Below, piece after piece: positions 7,085-15,700 of a stretch of 33,179 bases of DNA (positions are counted from its first letter, which is position 1; each line of letters begins with the position of its first letter). Origin of the DNA: Promethearchaeota archaeon. Lineage in GTDB: Archaea > Asgardarchaeota > Hermodarchaeia > Hermodarchaeales > Hermodarchaeaceae. A program made the translations under genes and the position numbers. The stretch lies in NCBI GenBank assembly GCA_048938385.1, contig JBHLMG010000025.1, forward strand, positions 1-33,179, read 5' to 3'. The notes below the pieces were generated by a model. That model saw only the letters and a list, made by a program, of their open reading frames with translations. It searched no databases and had not been told where the DNA came from.

Positions 7085-8689
7085 ATGCCTAGCGGTTTAA
7101 GCGTTTGCAGGTGGGACGACAAAGTTGGGCTCCGCATCGTCGGCGTGTACCCTCGCAACCTCAATGTGTCCGAAGATGACATGCTCCGGGTCTTTACAGC
7201 CCACGCTATGGGTAAACCTGAAGCTGGCTTCCTCACCATGACCCTCGAAGGAACCAACCTAGCCGTAGCCAGTTTCTATACTGGAATTTTACGAGGGCGT
7301 GATCAGTTTTGCATAATGTTGTTTATGGAACTGGACGAGGAACCGCGTAACTACGAAGAGGGTTTGACGCTGGCGTCGAGCGAGATTGTGGAGAACATTG
7401 GTGAGCCGGAATTTATTGAGTATTTAGGTGAAGTTTTTGAAAAGCTGAAGCGAATGGTGGAACTATCCGTGGAGCAGCGGCTTGCCAAGGTCTTCGTTGA
7501 TCAGGAGACGCGGTTGTTAATGCACAAACTAGCGCGCGGTGGGATTCCTGCAGAAGAATTACGAGAATGGTTAGAACTGCAAACCGGAAAGCACTATCCC
7601 GATCTGGGCTTGGTGACTTTGCCCTTGTTACGCAGTGGATTGGTAGAAGAAGATTGGATTAACGCGGTTTCAGATAACTGCGTGTTTTTGGTAAACGATT
7701 TGCTGGGTGCTCGGTTCCCACCTGAACAAGTGTTGAAGCTTGCCAAGGGTGGTGGCTTGAATAAGGAGCAGTTCAACGAGTTGGAGAACCGTGTAAAGAG
7801 TTACTTCGAAGCCTACGAATGGACCGAAGACGACACAATGATGATTGGTCAACTGCTTTTAGACCCAGATGTCTACGATGTGACCAAGACTCTACGAAGG
7901 AAGATAGCCCACAAATCTGAGCTAGCGGGCGTCGTAGAAAAAGAAGCGTCACTCGATAATGTCCTGCGTCGTCTTGAACAGTCACAGGTGGTAACGACAT
8001 TTGGTGAGAACTCAGTGGAGGTCGGTGCTAACGATGATCCTCTCATCGTGTTGATATCGGATGTGCACTTTGAATCATTCTTTCCCGAGTTTTTGGTCTT
8101 ACGGCTTCAAGAGCGGTTAACGGCTAAGGACATTCACCCTGATGTTGCTAAACGTCATCTCGAACTACTCAGTGAGACCTACATGCGTATGCGCGAGAAA
8201 ATGAAAGAACGCAAGAAGCGGAAGGAAGAAGAAGCGCTTCCAGTTGTTGAGCCAGAAATGGTTGTCGAACCTGAAGAATTCGTAGAACCCAGTGAAACGC
8301 CACCTCTTGATGAAGAAGAAGCAAAACGGATCCAAAAGGAAGAGGAGAAGGCACGGAAGGCGGAAGAGAAGCGGCTGAAGGAAGAGGAGAAGAAGCGCAA
8401 GAAAGAGGAAGAAGCGAAGCTCAAAGAAGAAGAAGCAGCACGGAAGGCGGAAGAGAAGCGGCTGAAGGAAGAGGAGAAGGCGCGGAAGGCAGAAGAGCGA
8501 AAGAAACAGAAGGAAGAGGAAGAGAAACGCAAAGCCGAAAAGGAGCGCCTAAAGGAAGAGGAGGAAGCGCGGAAGGCGGAAGAGAAGCGGCTGAAGGAAG
8601 AGGAGAAGGCGCGGAAGGCAGAAGAGAAGGAGCGAAAAAAAGAGAAGGCCGCTGAGAAAAAGAAGAAAGAAGAAGCCCCCGCTGAATAA
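7085..8689 (+). CDS. Longin/uDENN-like protein with putative winged-helix domains and a C-terminal E/K/R-rich helical tail
   Basis: N-terminal RWDDKVGLRIVGVYP (uDENN-like F/W-D-x3-G-x5-6-P motif); wHTH-like LPLLRSGLVEE and LDNVLRRLEQSQVV; about 125-aa charged tail. Confidence 0.8.
   Translation: MPSGLSVCRWDDKVGLRIVGVYPRNLNVSEDDMLRVFTAHAMGKPEAGFLTMTLEGTNLAVASFYTGILRGRDQFCIMLFMELDEEPRNYEEGLTLASSEIVENIGEPEFIEYLGEVFEKLKRMVELSVEQRLAKVFVDQETRLLMHKLARGGIPAEELREWLELQTGKHYPDLGLVTLPLLRSGLVEEDWINAVSDNCVFLVNDLLGARFPPEQVLKLAKGGGLNKEQFNELENRVKSYFEAYEWTEDDTMMIGQLLLDPDVYDVTKTLRRKIAHKSELAGVVEKEASLDNVLRRLEQSQVVTTFGENSVEVGANDDPLIVLISDVHFESFFPEFLVLRLQERLTAKDIHPDVAKRHLELLSETYMRMREKMKERKKRKEEEALPVVEPEMVVEPEEFVEPSETPPLDEEEAKRIQKEEEKARKAEEKRLKEEEKKRKKEEEAKLKEEEAARKAEEKRLKEEEKARKAEERKKQKEEEEKRKAEKERLKEEEEARKAEEKRLKEEEKARKAEEKERKKEKAAEKKKKEEAPAE
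8351..8626 (+). repeat. Intragenic 42-bp direct repeats (ARKAEEKRLKEEEK) x3 in a purine-rich tract
   Basis: GCRCGGAAGGCGGAAGAGAAGCGGCTGAAGGAAGAGGAGAAG at 8351, 8438 and 8567; copies 2 and 3 stay identical for a further 18 nt. Confidence 0.9.
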
Positions 8690-8707
8690 GTCTAGCTGGG
8701 TTACTGA

Positions 8708-9367
8708 TCACAATCTCCGCTGTCTAGTTGATGTCAAGATACCTCGTGCGGTTTCCCAAGTTTGACGGACGATATCCGGAAACTTGTCATGTGATTTAAT
8801 CCAATCAATTAGAAACTTGCGCGTTTTCGGGTCGTTGGGATAACCGCTCCCAAAATCTCCAAAGGCTTTATGGAGTTCTTGAATTCGCTGGTCTCGTCGA
8901 ACCTTGGCAATTATTGATGCAGCAGCAACGACGGGATAGGCTGAATCTGCCTTGTGTTCACTGATAATCTTCTTCGGCGTTTTCAATTGCGTTGTGATGA
9001 GTCGACCGTAGCGCTCTGCGTTCACATCGGATGCATCCACATAGGCCGTCTGCCAGTTTAACCGATTCAAAACCTGAGCCATCCATTCCGCTTCTAAGAC
9101 ATTCAGGCTTCGCATTAATTTGCGTTGAGCATCGATTTCTTTAGCGCTAATCTCTAACACTTCGACTTGTTCAGCCAGTTTACGGATTTGTCGTTCAAGA
9201 GAGTTACGGCGATGTGGAGTAAGATCCTTAGAATCTCGAACACCCCATTCAATTAGCGCGTCTTCTTGCGATGCGTCGATGACAACACCTGCAATCACGA
9301 GTGGTCCTATCACCGGTCCACGCCCGGCTTCATCAATACCTGCAATGCGCTGCAATAATCTCAACAC
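8708..9367 (-). CDS. rnhB: Ribonuclease HII
   Basis: GIDEAGRGPVIGPLV, GVRDSK, VDASD, HKAD, VAAASIIAKVRRD, GSGYPNDP; true start may be TTG 9355. Confidence 0.97.
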   Translation of the reverse strand: MLRLLQRIAGIDEAGRGPVIGPLVIAGVVIDASQEDALIEWGVRDSKDLTPHRRNSLERQIRKLAEQVEVLEISAKEIDAQRKLMRSLNVLEAEWMAQVLNRLNWQTAYVDASDVNAERYGRLITTQLKTPKKIISEHKADSAYPVVAAASIIAKVRRDQRIQELHKAFGDFGSGYPNDPKTRKFLIDWIKSHDKFPDIVRQTWETARGILTSTRQRRL

Positions 9368-9437
9368 CTAATTTACTTGAACTTATGCACCAAAACCATT
9401 AACTGGTCTACAAATTTATCTGTAGGTACTTATTGTT

Positions 9438-9737
9438 TTGCTTGGGTCTTTAATGGTTGAATGTAAATATCCTGAAATCTGGCTTAGTACTTACGAAGGG
9501 CATTTTCGCGTATCTTCCCGTCTACCTCCGCCGGCAAAGGTTCCACCGGATTTTCTTTGCCTCCTTCCGGAAGGAGAAAGCACTCCTGTTTGCGTATCAC
9601 CTTTATATGCAACAATAGGTGAAGCAAAGGGTCGGGCCGCGGCACTACAAGAAGATCTACAAAAACAGGGTTGTAAAGTTCTCTTCTTCTTTGAACTCCG
9701 ACCTCCAATCGTTGGCAATCCGCATGAAACTAGCTAA
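9438..9737 (+). CDS. Hypothetical small protein
   Basis: 99-aa ORF filling the gap between rnhB and the DedA gene; C-terminal part weakly SPOR-like; start uncertain. Confidence 0.5.
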   Translation: MLGSLMVECKYPEIWLSTYEGHFRVSSRLPPPAKVPPDFLCLLPEGESTPVCVSPLYATIGEAKGRAAALQEDLQKQGCKVLFFFELRPPIVGNPHETS

Positions 9738-10521
9738 TGAGTTCTTCCTGCTCACTTTCTGAGGGTGGGCGCGCCTTTTGCTTGGCCTGTTTTGCCTTCC
9801 GCCGTATGACGATGCGATAAATGATGAAGACGATGAAGAAGATGAGGAGGATGACTAAAATCATTGTCTCCATGAGGTCTATCATTTCAGCAACTTGGAA
9901 AAAGAATGCACCAACAATCCAGCCTAAAATGCCAAGGACTAAGCAACGGGGCAGGGCACCAAGAAAAGTCACTATAGTAAATCGCTTGATGTCCGCGCGT
10001 AAAACACCATACAGGAGGGATACGAGAGAAAGAGGTATAATGGGTATAGCCCGTGCTGAGAAAAGAAAGATTTCATCTCGAGAGGATCTCTCCATTCTCT
10101 GCCGCATGTACTCAACTTCTTCTACGGATGTCCCCAAGTATTTTCCCCACCGTTCAATGATGGGATATCCACCAAAGTATGCGATCCCATATCCGAAAAA
10201 TGATCCAATGGTGACTGCAAAGGCTCCCACCAACATGACATTGATGACAATGATGAGCAAAGCGGTTGGAACTGGAATCGGAGAGCAGCTTGGGCAGGGG
10301 CTCGTCAGAATGAATCCTGCTGCCATCATAATAATTGGAGAGGGGATGGGCGCGATGAAAGTTTCTATCATCACACCTAGAAACACACCAATCGGTCCTA
10401 GCATTTGAATCCATGCGATGATGCTCCAAATCAGTCCCTCAATCCACGCATTTAGCGTTTGCAGCCAGGTGATGAATAAATCGATAATCACATTCGTGAC
10501 TTCCATCGAGGGTCTATTCAA
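9730..10521 (-). CDS. DedA/VTT (SNARE-associated Golgi protein family) membrane protein
   Basis: ETFIAPIPSPIIMMAAGF, GSFFGYGIAYFGG, ARAIPIIP..SLLYG, FTIVTFLGALPR. Confidence 0.92.
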   Translation of the reverse strand: MNRPSMEVTNVIIDLFITWLQTLNAWIEGLIWSIIAWIQMLGPIGVFLGVMIETFIAPIPSPIIMMAAGFILTSPCPSCSPIPVPTALLIIVINVMLVGAFAVTIGSFFGYGIAYFGGYPIIERWGKYLGTSVEEVEYMRQRMERSSRDEIFLFSARAIPIIPLSLVSLLYGVLRADIKRFTIVTFLGALPRCLVLGILGWIVGAFFFQVAEMIDLMETMILVILLIFFIVFIIYRIVIRRKAKQAKQKARPPSESEQEELIS

Positions 10522-10535
10522 TTTTCTATTTGGAG

Positions 10536-10874
10536 CTATTCTCCAGGGTGTTTACTCATGATCTCATCCCGGCTGGGAAACCCCTCGTCATCGACGAGAA
10601 CAATTTCGCCATAGCGACCAGCTGACAGTTCTAGCTCTCCACGGTAACTTTTCACATACCCATTGTTAACTTCTAGGATAGTGTCCTCATCGACTTTGTC
10701 GATGTCATCGTTCCAAAGCGATAATCTGATAGTTCCCGTATCATCCCCGGCAAGCGCAGTGGTTACACGGCTCTTACCATAGCGTGTTTGTACTTCTCGA
10801 ACAGGTTCCAATGTTAGGATGCGTAACCGAATGTTGACGCTTCGAGAAGCAGAAGTAAGTTCATGTACTTTCAT
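10536..10874 (-). CDS. Single OB-fold single-stranded DNA-binding protein (archaeal SSB/RPA-like)
   Basis: MKVHEL..VNI..AGDDTGTIRLSLWND..NGYVKSYRGELELSAGRYG. Confidence 0.92.
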   Translation of the reverse strand: MKVHELTSASRSVNIRLRILTLEPVREVQTRYGKSRVTTALAGDDTGTIRLSLWNDDIDKVDEDTILEVNNGYVKSYRGELELSAGRYGEIVLVDDEGFPSRDEIMSKHPGE

Positions 10875-10963
10875 AGTCTACAAACCTTCACAGTGAAATG
10901 TTACAAAGATGTACTAATGCACACTTTTAAAAATTCTATGTACCGAGGTTTTGGGCGTATAGA

Positions 10964-12712
10964 GTGTTATTGTTGATGTCAGGTTCTATGAAGTCCTCTC
11001 AATCGTCTTTTCTCAAGTTGGCTAAAGTCTCTGAAGCCATCATGGGTACCACAAAGCGCCTTGAGAAAATGGATTTAGCAGGAGAGTTTCTCAGTCAACT
11101 CCCGGTAGACCAACTTGAAGCTGGTGCCCTTCTACTCATTGGTCGACCCTTTCCGCGAACAAGTCAACGAACCTTGGCAATAAATTGGTCAGCACTATAT
11201 CAGATCCTACGCGAGCTCCTTCAGCCAACTCCATCGTTGATTCATAAGCTCTTTGCCCAAACAGGCGATATCGGCGAGGTTGTTCACCAACTATACCTGC
11301 AGGCAGGCAATATCCGTCAAACGATGCTTTTTTCATCGCCACTGGAGATTACCGAGGTTGCTTCAACATTCACTGAAATGGCTGACATTCAAGGTGCAGG
11401 CTCTCGAAAACGAAAAACAACGCTATTACGGTCTTTGTTTACTCGCGCTCAACCGCTTGAAGCTAAGTACCTGGCAAAGCTACTAGTCGGGGATCAACGG
11501 ATTGGATTTAGCGTCGGAATGTTAGAAAGTGCAATAGCCCGGTATTTGAAATTGCCTTCAGACTTAGTGCGTCGAGCCAACATGCTTACAGGTAATATTG
11601 GGGAAGTCGCTCGAATCGCTTTTATAAAGGGAGCAGCTGGTCTACAGCAGGTCCGATTACAACCCTTCACACCACTACTTCCCATGTTAGCTGCTCAGGC
11701 AACCGATGTCAGTGACGCTCTACAAATCCATAATGGCACTTCGGCATTTGAAATGAAATTAGACGGTGCTCGCGTACAAATTCACCTACAACGCCAGAAT
11801 CAACGCTCAAATATCCGCATTTATAGTAGACGCCTGACTGATGTTACCACGAGTCTTCCTGATGTCGTGAACCTGGTTGCCACCGAAGTGAAAGCGCACA
11901 GTTGCATTCTGGAAGGTGAGGTCCTCGCAATCGGGGAGGATGGACGCCCACTACCCTTTCAACATCTTATGCGCCGGTTTCGACGTGTTCGCGACATCGA
12001 GGCCATGGTTCAAGAAATCCCTGTAACTTTACACCTCTTTGACCTTCTAATGCTTAATCAAGAGGTCCTCATCGATACAGCATATACTGTGCGCCGTCAG
12101 AAATTGGAACAAATACGAGGAAAAATTCCACTGGTCGATCAACTAATCACATCAGATGTCGATGTAGGAACCCAATTATTTGAGAAAGCGATTGAGGCAG
12201 GCCATGAAGGACTGGTTGCCAAACGCCTGGACAGTCCTTACCAACCTGGAATTCGCGGTAAGGCTTGGTTGAAAGTTAAACAAAGCATGGAAAACCTTGA
12301 CCTCGTTATCATTGCTGCTGAATGGGGTACAGGGCGCCGTCATAGATGGCTGAGCGACTATCATTTAGCTGCAACGGATCCTGAAACCGGTGAATTCCAT
12401 ATGTTAGGAAAAACCTTCAAAGGTCTCACTGATGCTGAATTCGCTGAGATTACTCAGCGCCTGTTAGACTTGAAAATCGAACAGACGGGCGGAATCGTGA
12501 CAGTACAACCTCAGATTGTGGTTGAGGTCGAATATGATGAAATTCAACGAAGCCCTACTTATAAGTCAGGAATGGCTCTGCGTTTTGCGCGTATTAAGCG
12601 CCTACGCTATGACAAGGACCCCAAAGAAGCTGATACTATCCATCGCGTTCAGGAGCTTTACGAGTCCCAATTTGAACGGAAGGCATCGTTGAATCGGGTA
12701 GGGCGAACCTAG
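10964..12712 (+). CDS. lig: ATP-dependent DNA ligase
   Basis: Motif I EMKLDGARVQIH, LEGEV, LFDLL, EGLVAK, WLKVK, LRFARIKRLRYDK; start could be ATG 10976 or 10988. Confidence 0.97.
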   Translation: MLLLMSGSMKSSQSSFLKLAKVSEAIMGTTKRLEKMDLAGEFLSQLPVDQLEAGALLLIGRPFPRTSQRTLAINWSALYQILRELLQPTPSLIHKLFAQTGDIGEVVHQLYLQAGNIRQTMLFSSPLEITEVASTFTEMADIQGAGSRKRKTTLLRSLFTRAQPLEAKYLAKLLVGDQRIGFSVGMLESAIARYLKLPSDLVRRANMLTGNIGEVARIAFIKGAAGLQQVRLQPFTPLLPMLAAQATDVSDALQIHNGTSAFEMKLDGARVQIHLQRQNQRSNIRIYSRRLTDVTTSLPDVVNLVATEVKAHSCILEGEVLAIGEDGRPLPFQHLMRRFRRVRDIEAMVQEIPVTLHLFDLLMLNQEVLIDTAYTVRRQKLEQIRGKIPLVDQLITSDVDVGTQLFEKAIEAGHEGLVAKRLDSPYQPGIRGKAWLKVKQSMENLDLVIIAAEWGTGRRHRWLSDYHLAATDPETGEFHMLGKTFKGLTDAEFAEITQRLLDLKIEQTGGIVTVQPQIVVEVEYDEIQRSPTYKSGMALRFARIKRLRYDKDPKEADTIHRVQELYESQFERKASLNRVGRT

Positions 12713-15700
12713 CTGGATAGTCTGATTTCCTTAGATGCAGAAATCCACCGTGGGCCAAGGGTTTGGTTGAATAGAGCGATGTAGCTAGCTTGGTCGCTAA
12801 CTATGGCTACGATTTCTCCTTGGTTGCCATAAGTGGGAGCGATGAGGACCTCTTCACCATCTCGTGACCCCCCATAAAATTCCATGTTGGGGTTATCCCA
12901 AATACGGATGTTACCCTGTTGCAAAAGCTTTTGGGCTGCTGTTCGCTGCTTTTCTCCGTCAAGAGTCGTAATGATGTGTACGCGGTTCTGTGGTCGCACT
13001 TTGGATAATTCATCGATTGGTACTTCATCAAAGGATGGATACACTAAGGTAACGGTTGCGTTGACACGTCGGAACATATCTAGTAAGTGATTCTGAATTC
13101 CTTGGCAGGACACTATTCGCCAAGTTCTTTCCGCTTCTGCAGGCTGAACGCCTGTAAGGGTATCCCACAAACTTGTCAGAATCTGTTCCGTATCACTTGC
13201 ATGTTTCCGGAGCTCGTCTAACAGGGGTTCAGTCTTCTGAGTAAACAGTTGAAGAGTTTTTATCGAATTAGTTACGGTTGAGCTGAAGTTCGAGGTCATG
13301 TCCTTTGAGAGTTTCTGGTGTTCAGTTTTTAGGGTGGTTCGTTCTTTACTCAAGGCTCCACTAACGCGATTACCTGTCTGCTGAGCTTGGGTTACTAGAC
13401 CCTCTTCCACGGAGCTAATGTTTTGCTTGAGCGCGGCTTCAACAGCTGTACTCCTTTGTTGAAGCTCCGTTGTTGCAGTGTCTTTGAAGGCTTGTAGGTT
13501 CTCAGTAGTATGACGGATACTATCATCGGTAGCGCGGGTCAACCGGTTCTTTGTCAAATCCAATTGTTGAGTGTAACTTTGGAAGGTTTGTTCAGTTTCC
13601 TGACTTATACTGTTGTTGAATTTTTCGACATCTTCTTCAATTGTCGCACTAGTATCTGAGAAGAGTTTGTCAACCTCTGTAGAAAGGGTGGAAAAGTTAG
13701 TCGTTAGAGTTTGTATGAGCACATCTGAAGTTGTCTTGGCTTTTTCGTCAATGGAGGAAAGGCAATCTAATACCTTTAATGTGAGTTGTTCGGTTTCACC
13801 GGTGACAGTGCTCTGTTGGGTTTGAGTAATCTGTGCACTCTTTGAGATGGCTTTGGAGAGAGTATCATCGAGGTCTGTTTTGATCTGGGCGCTGCTGAGA
13901 TCAAGTTTCTCTTTTCCTTCATCTTTCCATTTAGATAGTTGGGTGACAACATTTGTTTGTGAGGTGGATATTTGCTCAATCAGGGATTCGAGAGCAGACG
14001 AGACATCTTTGTCAATTGATGTATGCTGCTCATCAAGGACGCTAATTAGATCCTCATGGTATGTTTGAATCCGATCCTGTAATTCGGTTTCCAAAGCTGT
14101 TCGGTTAGTTTTAATTTTGTCAACCAGTTTTGCTGCAACAGTTTGAAGTTGTACGATTTCTTGCTGAAGGTTATTGATGTACTGTTCCGTTTCATCGGAT
14201 AATGTGCTTGCAAAGGTTTCAAGGTGTTTTTTAATGGCCATGTGTTGCTGATCGATATTTGTAGTGCAAGCTTGTCCAATCTCTTCAATAATATTCTGAG
14301 CGCTTTGAAGTTGATTTTGCTGGAAGTTTTCAAGCCCCGTTTCGATCTCTCCAATTCCTTCGATTATTTTTGAGCTCTGTTCGAAAATTAAATCCTGAAT
14401 GCTTTTGCTTAGGTTTTCGATGCGTCCTTCCTGTTCCTCTAACTCGGTTTCGATATTTGCTACAAAGGCATCAGCGGGTTCACGAATTCCTCCAAGATTG
14501 GAGGTTACCGTTTTGATATCTTCAGCCATGGTGTCCATTTTTTGATTCAAAGAGGTTTTTTGAACAGCAACCTCTTGACTGAGGGTTTCCAACATACCTT
14601 GGGTCTCTTGAAGTTGTGAAACCCAATCTTCTTGCATTTTATTGAAGCCTTGAGTGATTTGTTCCTTGACCCCTGTCTTTTCTCGATCAAAAGCCTGGGC
14701 AGTAGCCGTCAACAAGTTGCCTACATCATCCTCAAACATCGTCATCGCTGTTGCTGTGTTCACCATCGTCTGGTCAACTGAAGTAGTGATGGCGGTGCTC
14801 AAGGCATTGAGATTAACAGCAGTAGTGGTGGAGTATTCGTCAATGAAGTAAGTGAGGGGAAGCCAATGTTTTTCTGTAAGGGCTTTGGAATCTGCGTCGA
14901 ATTTTTCCCACTCCTCGCTTAGTTCGGTTCCTGTGCCTTTTAGAATCGGTTTGATCTTAGGCACTTGGTTTGTGTAGAATTCTTTGAGTTTTGGAAGCAG
15001 TTGTTTCGCAAGAGTGCTTTCTAAGGTAGTGAGGAAAACAGGGCTTATTTGAGATTCTACTTCTGTTCGTGTTTCCTCGAGGGTTCTACGAGTGTCTTCA
15101 ATCATTTTTTCAGTGGTGTTTTGGAGGGCAGTGGAGATCGTCTTTGTCAGCGTTTCAGCGGTGTTTATGCCTTTACGTTGGGCGTTCAGAGACTGAAGTT
15201 CTGCTTGAATGTTGGTGACAAATGTTTGTAGTAATTGTTCAAATGCGGATTTGACTTCTTGGACTGGAGAATATACTGTGGCGACTTGATCGTTAAGTTG
15301 TTGTTCGTATACTTCTAAGAGTATTTCATTAGGAACCTGCTCTAAGCTAGTCAGGGTGGATTTGAAAATTGAAGAAACTTGTTTGGCACGGTCGGTCTGG
15401 GGAGTGAGTTGTGCCTCAAAACTTTGGAAAATATTTGCGATTTCTTGTTTGAGTTTTGAAGAAAGAGTTTTGTTGCTTGGTCCAAGAATTTGGTTTGTAG
15501 TTGTTTTGATTTGTTCCAATGTGGTTCTAATCAACTTGTCAATTTGTTTCCTGCGTCGAATCTGTCTTCCCACTTTCCTCTTACAATCCTGAAGAATAGA
15601 TGAAATTTTTTCTTGTAGTGTTTGATCAACCAAAGAGGTGAGGCGGTCGTTGGTCTGCCGTTGAACCGAAGCTAGTTTCTCTCGAATTCCTAAAAAGAGG

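Noticed and set aside
8351-8626. Repeats as a CRISPR array
   Set aside because: In-frame coding repeats with irregular, low-complexity spacing; no cas genes.
8169-8711. Minus-strand ORFs rich in S/F/P/L with repeats
   Set aside because: Antisense shadows of the purine-rich E/K/R tail.
9821-10408. 195-aa plus-strand ORF rich in M/K/R
   Set aside because: Antisense shadow of the hydrophobic DedA gene.
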